Under the pieces are notes generated by a model, which saw only the letters and a program-made list of their open reading frames with translations, did no database searches and was not told the origin of the DNA. Below, piece by piece: positions 1 to 9,448 of a stretch of 64,000 bases of DNA. The position numbers and the translations under genes are program-made. The number at the start of each line of letters is the position of its first letter. Position 1 is the stretch's first letter. The stretch is taken from IMG/VR virus record IMGVR_UViG_3300028738_000008; one strand, given 5' to 3'. Source of the stretch: a virus. Its lineage: Duplodnaviria; Caudoviricetes.

Positions 1-1
1 A

Positions 2-214
2 TTGAAAACATTATTAATGGAAAGAGAACCTGAGAAGAAGATCGTCACAATAGACAAAATGTTGAACGTAATACACCAACGATCAGATATAGCAGCATGG
101 TTTATTGAAGGTGGTACAAAGGCTCTTTCAGATATTAGCGGCTACTATGGGGCTGAAAATGATAAAGACGACAGCGTTGTTTCTGGACAATATCGCATGC
201 ATGACTATCGTTAA
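2..214 (+). CDS. Hypothetical protein, probably a C-terminal fragment running off the window
   Basis: Open frame from the window edge to TAA; no recognisable motif. Confidence 0.55.
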   Translation: MKTLLMEREPEKKIVTIDKMLNVIHQRSDIAAWFIEGGTKALSDISGYYGAENDKDDSVVSGQYRMHDYR

Positions 215-243
215 ATAATAATTATCGTATTTATAAAAAAATA

Positions 244-465
244 TTGATCATGAGCGTATTATTAGAAATTATAGATGGATGGAAAAACTTCATCTTTGAA
301 AACAAGGAAGTCGAAATAGAGGCAAAACGTCGAATAACAATATGCGTTGATTGTGAATTTTTTACGAGTAGAAATACATGCGAAAAATGCGGATGTTATA
401 TGCCTTTTAAAACAAGAAGTCTTAAATCGAAATGTGCTCTGCCAGAGCCTTTAAAAAAATGGTAA
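244..465 (+). CDS. Small Cys-rich (zinc-binding-like, DUF6171-like) phage protein
   Basis: CVDC...CEKCGC...KC...W motif; TATTTATA at 228-235; start may be ATG 250. Confidence 0.65.
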   Translation: MIMSVLLEIIDGWKNFIFENKEVEIEAKRRITICVDCEFFTSRNTCEKCGCYMPFKTRSLKSKCALPEPLKKW

Positions 466-552
466 TGATAAATTCAAAGTCATGTAAAGGCTGAATCCAG
501 AATTTATAAACGAACAGGATACGCCAGTTTCTGGCGAAACAATATTGCTCAG

Positions 553-1101
553 TTACTTAAACTGAGCAATATTGTTTGCAACCATATCGTAAAGATATTG
601 TTTAATAAAAATACCCTTAATCTTTGGACTAGCTTTTTCAAATGTTGTAAATGGAACTTCCTCGCCGCCATCGGTGTAAAGAGAAACGGCAATGTCACTC
701 CATTCAACATGACTTATCAATGACGACGTTTCGTCTGGCATATCGTAGTCACTGCTTCTATTGCTTTGATTGTCCATAAGACATTTGACATTTACGCCAT
801 TCATATATATCTGAAATGAAACAGGCTCTTTGGTAGGGTCAAATGTATAATTAATATCGCTAATGTATTCAAGATCAAAATTACAACTATCGTTATCATT
901 TTTTTCTTTGATGTTCGAATCTATAACGTTTTCCTTAATCTTATTTCTATTTGATATAGAGTCGATTACGAATTGTTTTTGGAAATCTTCGCTTGCAAGC
1001 AATTGCGCTTTTTCGTCTTCGCTAACTTGCTTATCGTTATTAAGATAGTCGAAGTTTGATATTTCTTCGTTTATGGTTCTAATAATGTCTTTACTTATCA
1101 T
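553..1101 (-). CDS. Hypothetical protein (putative virion-associated)
   Basis: 182 aa ORF; N-terminal IIRTINEEI motif; late-type motif at 1117-1124. Confidence 0.7.
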   Translation of the reverse strand: MISKDIIRTINEEISNFDYLNNDKQVSEDEKAQLLASEDFQKQFVIDSISNRNKIKENVIDSNIKEKNDNDSCNFDLEYISDINYTFDPTKEPVSFQIYMNGVNVKCLMDNQSNRSSDYDMPDETSSLISHVEWSDIAVSLYTDGGEEVPFTTFEKASPKIKGIFIKQYLYDMVANNIAQFK

Positions 1102-1127
1102 GATTATAATATTTTATATAAATACGC

Positions 1128-1616
1128 TTAAATTTTATTAATGATCTTATTTTCGAAATCTTCAATAGCATTATCAACATTTTCCATTGTATTGCTAACG
1201 TCTTCAATAGCATTATCAACATCATGTCCTATTTCATCTGTTTTACGCTCAATCTTTTCAGATAATTCTTCGATGATTTTATCAACGTCGTCAATAACAT
1301 CGTCAACATCAACGCCAATTTCCTCTGTTTGGCGTTCAATCTTTTCAGATAATTCTTCGATCTTTTTTATAATACTATCAGTTCTAGCACCGCCTAATTT
1401 AGATGTATAGCCTAATACTGGTAAGGCGACTCCTTGAAAGAACACGGATACAATATATTGCATCCATCCGACCAGTCCGACTGGCTGCACGAAAAATAGT
1501 GGCACAATTACCAATAAAGATATAATCCAAAACATTGTCATAGAAGACAGTGAATCAGATAGTACCATTGCAAAGCTTTCCATCAAATTTTTATATTTTT
1601 CTATGAACTTAGACAT
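1128..1616 (-). CDS. Membrane protein with two TM helices and an acidic coiled-coil repeat tail
   Basis: Hydrophobic segments at about aa 25-70; repeated IEELSEKIER and DNAIED units, duplicated at DNA level (about 1249-1274 vs 1336-1361). Confidence 0.7.
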   Translation of the reverse strand: MSKFIEKYKNLMESFAMVLSDSLSSMTMFWIISLLVIVPLFFVQPVGLVGWMQYIVSVFFQGVALPVLGYTSKLGGARTDSIIKKIEELSEKIERQTEEIGVDVDDVIDDVDKIIEELSEKIERKTDEIGHDVDNAIEDVSNTMENVDNAIEDFENKIINKI

Positions 1617-1687
1617 AATGATTGGGTTTTATATAAATACTTAACACAATAATTAAGGTATAAGTATTTATATGAAAAGTAATTCAA

Positions 1688-2062
1688 ATGATGTATGATA
1701 TAATAATAATGGCGGCTATCAAGGATTTTGAGAAAATTGAATTCGTTTATAACAGTATTCTAAAAAACCTTCCGAAGGAGTATAATAAAATTTATTGCTT
1801 CACGCCTGTAGAATCATTCGGAAAAATAGAAGGCATTACATATATGCTTGATAGTGATGTTTTAAAGGTTGATATGTCTAGCGTCAACTTCAATCCTAGT
1901 TGGCCTTCGGTACTTGATAATTACGTATTTGCTTACATTGGTACTCGTAGAAATATCTCGTTAACAATACCGACAGCACTGATGACAGTAAACGGCGGAC
2001 AACGTGATGGCGATATTGCAAGCTTATCAGTTTCACATAATTTAAATGTTATTTTAGTATAA
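1688..2062 (+). CDS. Apparently chimeric ORF: glycosyltransferase-like N-terminus fused to the C-terminus of a BspA-type LRR protein
   Basis: C-terminal ISLTIPTALMTVNGGQRDGDIASL matches ITLTVPTALMTCNSGSPDGDIAYL of 13233..14855; N-terminal YDIIIMAAIKD resembles a GT-A start. Confidence 0.5.
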   Translation: MMYDIIIMAAIKDFEKIEFVYNSILKNLPKEYNKIYCFTPVESFGKIEGITYMLDSDVLKVDMSSVNFNPSWPSVLDNYVFAYIGTRRNISLTIPTALMTVNGGQRDGDIASLSVSHNLNVILV

Positions 2063-2073
2063 AATATTTATAA

Positions 2074-4989
2074 ATGGCAAAACTAACTACTAATCTCATA
2101 ACAGGCATTGAGATGCTTCTAACGGGTTTCGATGTTAGCGGAAATACGGTCACCGAAACAGACCCCACAGTTCCAACATATGTTAAAGCCATAACGACTG
2201 GCGATATATCTAGCTGGAACTCAAAACAACAAGCTGGTAATTATTTAGTTCAAGGTGATGTTATTGCTACCGATGCTTTGGGTCGTAATAAATTGAAAAT
2301 GTACATAACTGTTAATCCGTCAAACGTTGACATGAATGCATGTAACATTACTATACCAGCTCTAAAATACAATAAGAAGGTAGCATTTTCGCATTCAAGT
2401 GACGATAGTGACATCCTTGTTCATTCTTTATGGCAAGAATATTGCAACGGACATTGGATAGATGATATACTGTGGATTAATAGTCAACCATTTCATGAAT
2501 TGACTCCAAGAACTACTGGTAGTTATGCTCCACGAATTTTACGAAGTACTGACGGATGCGGAAATGACATTAGATTTAGAATGACTTTAGCTTATCTGTC
2601 ATATAATGGTGCTGGAACTAATTTATTAACATCAACGAATCTTGCTTCACCATACTCACAGAAAACAGACATTCAAAAAATGCTTGATTTTTTTGGCGAC
2701 ATATCTAATCATGGTCAAGGTATTCCCAATGGCGGTAAACTTGGCGTTGATGGCGACTGGTATGACTCATTAACTGGAACAGAAAATAACTTTAATACAA
2801 ATATGGGATTCAAGCCCGCCACAGTCTGTCAGGCTGACGGCGATATAAATTATTTGTATGCTGCGCAGATTATGGACGAGATTTATATGATGACAGATAA
2901 TCTGGTAAAATATGACCCATTTAATGCCGCTGATAACGCTGCGGACATAGATAAATTATGTATCAACAGACGATCCATAGTAAGCATGATATCATTTACA
3001 GGTAATACAACAGACGTTCAAACAAGCTTAATTGCTGCTCATAATGCATGCGTAGCAGACCCTTCAAAAAGATATTGGTTAATTAGCGGCGGACATAATT
3101 GGTCAGCATCGGCAAATATGCATAATGACGCCGTAGGCTTTCTTAATTATATTCATGATCATTATGGCGCAGGCGGCGACGATTCCATTTGGTTTGCAGG
3201 TATGTCAGAAATCTACGAATATTTGTTTTTAAGAAAACTTATAAAGAATAATATTGTGAAAACAATTTCAGGCAATACAATAATGTTTGAGTTTGAAATC
3301 CCAGATCCTTATAATGTGTCGTGGAAGGAATTATCATTCCTTATATCTGGAATCGCAAATATGAATGACGTTATCACATTCAGCGTTGATGGGCCAGCAT
3401 ATGGCGTATCCAAGGCTATTAATGACTCGTCATTATTGGTGAATATTGATTACAATAAAAACAGTAAAGCATTAGCTGAAAAGTATTTGGCTTTAGCTAT
3501 TGCATCCCCAACAAGTGAGAGAGTTGCTGATGCATATTATTTTATAAATAGACTCAACCCAAATATCAACTCGGTGTTAAGAAGTAAATTATCAACATAT
3601 GCAATAGCACCAACATTAAACTCAATCGTTATCAATAATAATGACACCTCAACCGCAAATAGATTGGTAACAATATCTTTAAGTTATACTGGCTACATGT
3701 CCGAATATATGGTATCTGAAACATCAACATTTTCAGGTGCTACTTGGAATGTGTTAACAACAACATCATTTCCATATACTTTCGCAACAAGTATCATTGA
3801 GACAAAAACGATATATGTGAAAATTAGAAATGCTTATGGCGTGTCAGCAACTATGGTCGATTCAATTAGTTATCTTGGCTTAGTGTTATCATTTAATTCA
3901 GTTATTATTAATTCTGGCGCAGGTACTACACAAACTGCTGAGGTGGTTGTGTCTACGACATATAGTAATAGTACGCCGACATACTATAGAATTGGCGAAA
4001 CACCCGATCTATCAACAAATCTTTGGATTACATGGACTGGATCGCAAATATCCTATAACTTAACAGCATTGGGAACACGAACCGTATACGTTCAATTACA
4101 GGATAATATCACAACAACAAATACCCTTAGTGACTCGATTCTATATTCGCCAATTGATCTTAAATCGGTTATAATTAATAGTGGCTCAACATCAACCCCC
4201 GATCAAATAGTACACATTGCATTTAATTACTTAGGATATCCTACTGATTATATGCTATCGGAAAATGCTGACTTTTCGGGTGCTACATGGACTCAGTGGA
4301 TAGGAGGCTCAGGATCAACCGTCACGTTTACTCTTAGTTTGAATAACGGTGTAAAAACGGTATATGGAAAAATGCGAGACATTAATAGTTATGAGAGTGT
4401 TGTTGTTAATGATACAATATCATTAGCGATTGCATCTGCAAAAAGAATGAAAGCAAGTTTAACAACGTATAGTGGAACATCGCCATTTGTCAGTTTAGTA
4501 TCAAATGGCGAAACTTGGAATCAAGGAAAACCATCAGTTACTTCAAAAGCATTGAAGGATACAAATGGTAATGCATACTGTAGTGTTATAGCATCATACA
4601 CTGGCATAATATCAGCATCTTTACCAATTCCTATGACTGGCACAGTTTATGACGCCGTGTTGTCAGGTGGGCTTGTATGGTACACAGGATCGCCAGTGGT
4701 TTACACTATACCGTTTATTATTACATTCACAGGTTTGGTTGTTGGTAAAATAATAAGAGTTAAAGTATTTGGCACTGATAACAGATCAACCGAGCAACAT
4801 GGTGCAGTGACTATATCTGGCATTGGTTCTGAAACGCAGGCAATAAATCCTAAATATAATGTATCGAATATAAACATATTTGAAAACGTTGTAGTGCCAA
4901 GCAACGGTAGTATTACACTTAGTTTAGTTGGCGTTACGCCTGATACTAAAACTTGCATTCAGATTGTTGAATTTGAAGAAGTGGGTTAA
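2074..4989 (+). CDS. Large protein with a polysaccharide-deacetylase-like domain and three beta-rich Ig-like repeats (putative virion/adhesion protein)
   Basis: PALKYNKKVAFSHSSDDS, DISNHG and ISGGH motifs; repeats LNSIVINNN/FNSVIINSG/LKSVIINSG...FSGATW. Confidence 0.6.
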   Translation: MAKLTTNLITGIEMLLTGFDVSGNTVTETDPTVPTYVKAITTGDISSWNSKQQAGNYLVQGDVIATDALGRNKLKMYITVNPSNVDMNACNITIPALKYNKKVAFSHSSDDSDILVHSLWQEYCNGHWIDDILWINSQPFHELTPRTTGSYAPRILRSTDGCGNDIRFRMTLAYLSYNGAGTNLLTSTNLASPYSQKTDIQKMLDFFGDISNHGQGIPNGGKLGVDGDWYDSLTGTENNFNTNMGFKPATVCQADGDINYLYAAQIMDEIYMMTDNLVKYDPFNAADNAADIDKLCINRRSIVSMISFTGNTTDVQTSLIAAHNACVADPSKRYWLISGGHNWSASANMHNDAVGFLNYIHDHYGAGGDDSIWFAGMSEIYEYLFLRKLIKNNIVKTISGNTIMFEFEIPDPYNVSWKELSFLISGIANMNDVITFSVDGPAYGVSKAINDSSLLVNIDYNKNSKALAEKYLALAIASPTSERVADAYYFINRLNPNINSVLRSKLSTYAIAPTLNSIVINNNDTSTANRLVTISLSYTGYMSEYMVSETSTFSGATWNVLTTTSFPYTFATSIIETKTIYVKIRNAYGVSATMVDSISYLGLVLSFNSVIINSGAGTTQTAEVVVSTTYSNSTPTYYRIGETPDLSTNLWITWTGSQISYNLTALGTRTVYVQLQDNITTTNTLSDSILYSPIDLKSVIINSGSTSTPDQIVHIAFNYLGYPTDYMLSENADFSGATWTQWIGGSGSTVTFTLSLNNGVKTVYGKMRDINSYESVVVNDTISLAIASAKRMKASLTTYSGTSPFVSLVSNGETWNQGKPSVTSKALKDTNGNAYCSVIASYTGIISASLPIPMTGTVYDAVLSGGLVWYTGSPVVYTIPFIITFTGLVVGKIIRVKVFGTDNRSTEQHGAVTISGIGSETQAINPKYNVSNINIFENVVVPSNGSITLSLVGVTPDTKTCIQIVEFEEVG

Positions 4990-4993
4990 AACA

Positions 4994-5028
4994 CTTGCAA
5001 GATACTGATATTAATAGTATCTTGCAAG
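4994..5028. terminator. Perfect inverted repeat, probable terminator
   Basis: CTTGCAAGATACT-N9-AGTATCTTGCAAG right after the 971 aa ORF. Confidence 0.55.
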
Positions 5029-5045
5029 CCTAAAAAATATATGAT

Positions 5046-5219
5046 ATGAATGAACAATTAAAAATTGGCGACGTGGTTGATTTAAAATCAGGAGGCCCAC
5101 GAATGACATTAGGTACTTTCCAGAGCAATGGAAAATGGCTTGCGCAGTGGTTTACTGGTGAAGAACTGAGACATGGCGAATTCCGTACTGAGCAAATCGA
5201 ATTGTCAAAAGACGAATAA
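5046..5219 (+). CDS. YodC/DUF2158-family small protein (57 aa; not in the ORF track)
   Basis: MNEQLKIGDVVDLKSGGPRMT...AQWFTGEELRHGEF; the GDVVxLKSGGPxMT signature. Confidence 0.8.
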   Translation: MNEQLKIGDVVDLKSGGPRMTLGTFQSNGKWLAQWFTGEELRHGEFRTEQIELSKDE

Positions 5220-5303
5220 TCAATGATTTCGTTTCACAATTCATGAAATAATTTACAGAATTTCATGAATTGTGAAACTTTTTCAAAATATTTTGTATTT
5301 ATA

Positions 5304-5334
5304 TTTGCAAGTTACAAATTAATGATTACCTTTG
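5304..5334 (+). promoter_or_regulatory. Bacteroidota housekeeping-sigma promoter of tRNA operon 1
   Basis: TTTG-N19-TACCTTTG. Confidence 0.85.
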
Positions 5335-5363
5335 TACCGAAATAAAATTTTAAGAAATATACA

Positions 5364-5435
5364 ATGAGAACAATTTTTAACATAGTACCGCAGCATCAAC
5401 CACAACCCTTGAAGTATCTTCAATCGAATGGCTGA
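5364..5435 (+). CDS. Leader peptide 1 MRTIFNIVPQHQPQPLKYLQSNG (Pro/Gln/His sensor)
   Basis: CCG CAG CAT CAA CCA CAA CCC run, located between promoter and terminator of the Pro/His/Gln tRNA cluster. Confidence 0.85.
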   Translation: MRTIFNIVPQHQPQPLKYLQSNG

Positions 5436-5463
5436 ACTATGTAAAAAATAAACATACATAATG

Positions 5464-5500
5464 ATCCCCTTTAATTGAAAGATTAAAGGGGATTTTTTTT
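5464..5500 (+). terminator. Attenuator terminator 1
   Basis: ATCCCCTTTAAT-tgaaag-ATTAAAGGGGAT plus T run, 2 nt before the first tRNA. Confidence 0.9.
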
Positions 5501-5502
5501 AT

Positions 5503-5587
5503 CTAGGCGTAGCCCTGTAGTTGGTAGCAGTCCTGATTTGGGATCAGGCGTGGTAACACCTCGTGAGTTCGACCCTCACCGCTTAGA
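5503..5587 (+). tRNA. tRNA-Pro(TGG) with long variable arm
   Basis: Acceptor CTAGGCG/CGCTTAG; anticodon arm CCTGA-TTTGGGA-TCAGG; 14-nt extra arm GTG-GTAA-CAC; T arm GTGAG-TTCGACC-CTCAC. Confidence 0.85.
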
Positions 5588-5597
5588 CAAAATTTAT

Positions 5598-5674
5598 CTG
5601 GGAGTTATGCAGAGGCAATACAACGGTATTTTGGAAATATCGGCTCGTGAGTTCGATTCTCACCTCTCAGACCA
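5598..5674 (+). tRNA. tRNA-Pro(TGG)
   Basis: Acceptor CTGGGAG/CTCTCAG; loop TTTGGAA; T arm; encoded CCA. Confidence 0.85.
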
Positions 5675-5702
5675 CTGATTATCAGTTCTTTGAATAATTT
5701 AT

Positions 5703-5775
5703 AGAGTAGTATATCAATTGGCAGATTACCGCATTCGGGATGCGGAGGCTCTGGATTCGAGTTCCAGTTACTCTA
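5703..5775 (+). tRNA. tRNA-Pro(CGG)
   Basis: CCGCA-TTCGGGA-TGCGG; acceptor AGAGTAG/TTACTCT. Confidence 0.85.
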
Positions 5776-5785
5776 CTGATTAGAT

Positions 5786-5859
5786 GGTGTCTATAGTGCA
5801 ATTGGTAGCATGACAGATTGTGGTTCTGTTGATGACAGGTTCGAACCCTGCTAGACACA
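5786..5859 (+). tRNA. tRNA-His(GTG)
   Basis: ACAGA-TTGTGGT-TCTGT; G-1 present; A at position 73. Confidence 0.85.
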
Positions 5860-5887
5860 CTAAATGCGAATTGCATTTTATTAAAAT

Positions 5888-5962
5888 GGTGATTGTAGCT
5901 TAAACGGATAAAGCGCATGCCTGTGAAGCATGTATATGCGAGATCGTACCTCGTCTTTCACC
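5888..5962 (+). tRNA. tRNA-His(GTG)
   Basis: CATGC-CTGTGAA-GCATG; G-1:C73. Confidence 0.8.
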
Positions 5963-5982
5963 CTAATTTTAAATTAAAGATC

Positions 5983-6747
5983 ATGTATTACGTTGTACAG
6001 AAGAATGTTTTTAGGGAAGAAAATTACGATAATTTGATTATCGCTTTGAATCGGTTGGAGTTGCCATATGAGATCGTTGATGTATTACCTTTTGTAGACA
6101 CCTTCGAATTCAAGACAACCAGAAAGGATGTTTTTCCTTTCGGAGCTGTTAAAATGTCAAGAATTGCCAAAGAATTGGACTGGAATCCAGGCTCTCAATT
6201 ATGTGACAATCATGACTATAACGTATATAGTAAGTATTATAAAGAAAACTTGCTGAACTACGATTCAAGGATTATCAGGTTTGGCGATGATTTCTTTCAA
6301 ACAGAAAGGTTCTTTGCACGTCCGACATTGGATACTAAAGTGTTTACTGGTCATGTGTTTGACATGGGCGAATGGATTAAGTTCAGAGACGAATCCATTG
6401 TCAATGGACATAGCACTTTACTGAACACAGATACTGAAATTCAGATTTCTTCTGTAAAAAATATACAGAAAGAAATAAGGTTTTGGATTGTGAAAGGCGA
6501 AATCGCCACAGCAAGTCAGTATTCTCTGGGTGGAAGATTCTGTGTGAATGAAAACGTCGATCAGTCGGCATATGACTTCGTAAACAGAATGATTAAGATA
6601 TTCGAATTGAATGATACCTTTATTATAGATGCATGCCTTGTTAAAGGCGAATACAAAATAGTTGAATGCGGTTGCACAAACAGTGCTGGCTTCTATCGAG
6701 CAGATATGCAAAAGCTGCTTATGAAATTGGAAGACGCTTTCAATTAA
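5983..6747 (+). CDS. ATP-grasp domain protein (DUF4343-like)
   Basis: FFARPTLDTKVFTG, EIRFWIVKGEI and IVECGCTNSAGFY motifs; start moved to ATG 5983 because 5917 lies inside tRNA-His. Confidence 0.75.
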   Translation: MYYVVQKNVFREENYDNLIIALNRLELPYEIVDVLPFVDTFEFKTTRKDVFPFGAVKMSRIAKELDWNPGSQLCDNHDYNVYSKYYKENLLNYDSRIIRFGDDFFQTERFFARPTLDTKVFTGHVFDMGEWIKFRDESIVNGHSTLLNTDTEIQISSVKNIQKEIRFWIVKGEIATASQYSLGGRFCVNENVDQSAYDFVNRMIKIFELNDTFIIDACLVKGEYKIVECGCTNSAGFYRADMQKLLMKLEDAFN

Positions 6748-6754
6748 TATAAAT

Positions 6755-6830
6755 TGCCTTATGGTGTAATTGGCAACACACCTGATTCTGATTCAGTTGA
6801 GTGAAGGTTCGAGTCCTTCTAAGGCATCCA
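6755..6830 (+). tRNA. tRNA-Gln(CTG)
   Basis: TGCCTTA/TAAGGCA acceptor; loop TTCTGAT; encoded CCA. Confidence 0.9.
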
Positions 6831-6837
6831 ACTATAT

Positions 6838-6909
6838 TGCCCTGTTATGTAATGGCTAGCATACGACACTTTGACTGTCGGAGTTACGGTTCGAATCCGT
6901 ACAGGGCAA
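6838..6909 (+). tRNA. tRNA-Gln(TTG)
   Basis: CGACA-CTTTGAC-TGTCG; TGCCCTG/CAGGGCA. Confidence 0.9.
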
Positions 6910-6995
6910 CAAAATTTAACGATATATTAGCGTTATTTAGAATCATTTTTTTTACATAATGTGCATATTTTTACTATTTATAGGTAAAATATACC

Positions 6996-8009
6996 ATGAA
7001 AATATTATTTATATTAAAAGAAAGATTTTATAATAATTCGTTAATCAAGTCATATGGACTAATGAATTCATCAACGCATGTTTCGAAGTATTTAGACTCT
7101 ATTGGACTTTGCACAAAAGTAGTGAGAGTTGTTGATGGAAATTCAATTGATAAAGAGGTTCATGAATACAAACCAGATGTCGTCATTATTGAGGCTTTAT
7201 GGGTAAGCGGCGAAAAACTAAAAGAACTTATTGAGATAAAGAGATATTCCCATATCAGATGGATTGTAAGAGTTCACAGCGATATTGGCTTCTTGGCTGC
7301 TGAGACTTTGGCATTGAAATATATTAATGATTACATTAGCCTCAATAAGCATAATTTGGTCATAGCACCAAACAATAAGGAATTTAATGAGTATCTTACG
7401 AATGCTATGAATTTTAAATTCAAATATCTTCCCAATATTATTAATGTTAAATCATCAGATCATTCTTTAGTAAAGCATCCGCACTCAATAGATATTGGAT
7501 GTTTTGGTGCATTAAGAATACTGAAAAATCATGTATTTCAAGCTATGTGTGCAATGAGCGCAGCGGATATATTAAATAAGACATTGCGCTTTCACATTAC
7601 TGTAGATGCGAACGCCGATAAAGCAAATCTAAATCCAGTATTAAAGAATTTGGAGGAATTATTTAAACGTAGTTCTCATGAATTGATCTGTCATCCTTGG
7701 ATGGAGAATGACGAGTTTCAGGGTCTGGTTAGAAAAATGGACATAGGCTTACAGCTTTCATATACCGAAAGCTTCAACATTGTCGCAGCAGATTTTGTTA
7801 ATAATGATATTCCAATTATCGTATCAGATGCCATTGATTGGATGCCAGATATATTTAAAACATCTACAATTGATTACGAAGAAGCGACTAATAAAATAGT
7901 TTCAATCTATAAATCCAGAACTTTGGGTCATAAAAAGAATGTTGCTTTTGATAGTTTGGTAAAATATAATCGTAAGGCTCAACAAGAATGGCTAGATTTC
8001 ATTATCTAA
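6996..8009 (+). CDS. GT-B fold (GT4-like) glycosyltransferase
   Basis: PDVVIIE, IGCFGALRILKN and DIGLQLSYTESFNIVAAD motifs. Confidence 0.7.
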   Translation: MKILFILKERFYNNSLIKSYGLMNSSTHVSKYLDSIGLCTKVVRVVDGNSIDKEVHEYKPDVVIIEALWVSGEKLKELIEIKRYSHIRWIVRVHSDIGFLAAETLALKYINDYISLNKHNLVIAPNNKEFNEYLTNAMNFKFKYLPNIINVKSSDHSLVKHPHSIDIGCFGALRILKNHVFQAMCAMSAADILNKTLRFHITVDANADKANLNPVLKNLEELFKRSSHELICHPWMENDEFQGLVRKMDIGLQLSYTESFNIVAADFVNNDIPIIVSDAIDWMPDIFKTSTIDYEEATNKIVSIYKSRTLGHKKNVAFDSLVKYNRKAQQEWLDFII

Positions 8010-8058
8010 AGTCAAGTGCTTATTATGAAATTAAAAGTATTTATTTTAAAATAATATC

Positions 8059-8829
8059 ATGACAGTAACGAATAGTAAACAGAGACTTTTTGAAATGATG
8101 TCCAGATTGGATGGCAATTTCAATTCAAGTCTAAACGAAAATGACGATAAGCTTGTTGATAGAGAGTTAATAGAAAACAAACGAACCGAAAAGAAGAAGG
8201 TTATCAATGAAAACAAGCTTTTCGAAATGAATAATAAGTTGAATGAGTTGGGTCAAAACGATCCTTGGGATGCTGAGGTTGATGCAGCATCACGTAGAGC
8301 TGAAATTAAAGCTTATTATGGTGGTAATCATACTCAGGGTGATGACGATGATGATTACGATGTAAAACCTCGTAGAGCTAGATTTTATTCTGATGATGAA
8401 GATGAAATGGACGAAAATAAGCTGACTGAATATCCTTCCGAGAAACCCACACATGGTCAAGACCCTAATTGGAGTATTGACCCAAAAAATCCTTCGGGAT
8501 GTCTACCTAATCTTCCTATGGATGAGGGCGATATGAATGAGGCTATTAACGTTGGTGACGTTTTACAATATTTAGATGACGGCACATTTTGGAAAATAAT
8601 TGATATAACCAACGGAATAGCAACAGCTTTTGACGGATTTAAAACAAAAGGAAAAATTGAGGCGAACAAATTAGTTGCCAATAATAATCTAAAAATATCT
8701 AAAGATGTTGACGGTAGGTTATTTAAAAGCTTAGTAGCGAAAGCAAAAGAGCATATTAAGAATAATGGCACAGATGAGGATGATTATATTAATAGCGGCT
8801 ACCCAATGGACGAAAATGAGCTGAACTAA
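8059..8829 (+). CDS. Acidic hypothetical protein (putative virion-internal)
   Basis: N-terminal SKQRLFEMMSRLDGNF shared with 11618..12691; late-type motif upstream. Confidence 0.75.
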   Translation: MTVTNSKQRLFEMMSRLDGNFNSSLNENDDKLVDRELIENKRTEKKKVINENKLFEMNNKLNELGQNDPWDAEVDAASRRAEIKAYYGGNHTQGDDDDDYDVKPRRARFYSDDEDEMDENKLTEYPSEKPTHGQDPNWSIDPKNPSGCLPNLPMDEGDMNEAINVGDVLQYLDDGTFWKIIDITNGIATAFDGFKTKGKIEANKLVANNNLKISKDVDGRLFKSLVAKAKEHIKNNGTDEDDYINSGYPMDENELN

Positions 8830-8877
8830 TAAAATAGTGAATTATTTTAAACTTTTTTGATTTTTTTACTATTTATA

Positions 8878-8908
8878 TTTGCAGGTATCAAAAATTGTAT
8901 TACCTTTG
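8878..8908 (+). promoter_or_regulatory. Bacteroidota housekeeping-sigma promoter of tRNA operon 2
   Basis: TTTG-N19-TACCTTTG. Confidence 0.85.
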
Positions 8909-8938
8909 TACCGAAATTAATATTTAAGAATAGAAACA

Positions 8939-9031
8939 ATGAGAAATTTACTTAACATAGAATTATTGGCAGTGGATCAGGTCAACCTCCTATTATGGGC
9001 GGATGAAGATAGATTATGCCATGCTGGTTAA
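8939..9031 (+). CDS. Leader peptide 2 MRNLLNIELLAVDQVNLLLWADEDRLCHAG (Leu/Trp/Ala/Asp/Glu/Val sensor)
   Basis: Consecutive L L L W A D E D codons; lies between promoter and terminator. Confidence 0.85.
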   Translation: MRNLLNIELLAVDQVNLLLWADEDRLCHAG

Positions 9032-9056
9032 GTAGAGTTTAAGAATATTTTAAACT

Positions 9057-9087
9057 AAACCCCCAGCATACGTGTTGGGGGTTTTTT
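9057..9087 (+). terminator. Attenuator terminator 2
   Basis: AAACCCCCAGCA-tacg-TGTTGGGGGTTT plus T run. Confidence 0.9.
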
Positions 9088-9131
9088 GTTTATGTACGTT
9101 ATTTGACATGTTGGGTTATAAAATTAAAATT

Positions 9132-9203
9132 GGTCTATTGGGGTATGGGTTATCCTTTGTGGTTGTCAGCCATGAGAAGCGAGTTCAAGTCTCGCATAGA
9201 CCG
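9132..9203 (+). tRNA. tRNA-Asp(GTC)
   Basis: Loop TTGTCAG; GGTCTAT/ATAGACC; G73. Confidence 0.85.
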
Positions 9204-9262
9204 CACTAAGCATTATGAGAGTACTTGCCACTAGGGTAAGCCAACCTAAATTGCTTTTTCAT

Positions 9263-9336
9263 ACCTTCGTAGGGGAGTGGTCGTCCCTGTCGCACTGTCT
9301 ATGCGAAGATCGCCAGTTCAAATCTGGTCGGGGGTG
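9263..9336 (+). tRNA. tRNA-Asp(GTC)
   Basis: TCGCA-CTGTCTA-TGCGA; G73. Confidence 0.85.
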
Positions 9337-9365
9337 CTGGTTTCATAATAAATGAAACATTTAAT

Positions 9366-9438
9366 GCTCGGTTCATCTAACTGGTTAGGATAGGTGACCT
9401 TCAATCATCCAATACGGATTCAAGTTCCGTACCGAGTA
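9366..9438 (+). tRNA. tRNA-Glu(TTC)
   Basis: GGTGA-CCTTCAA-TCATC; GCTCGGT/ACCGAGT. Confidence 0.85.
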
Positions 9439-9448
9439 CTTTTTTCAT

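Noticed and set aside
5231-5278. Long inverted repeat as a mobile-element end
   Set aside because: Single hairpin after the YodC-like ORF with no partner or transposase; best read as a terminator.
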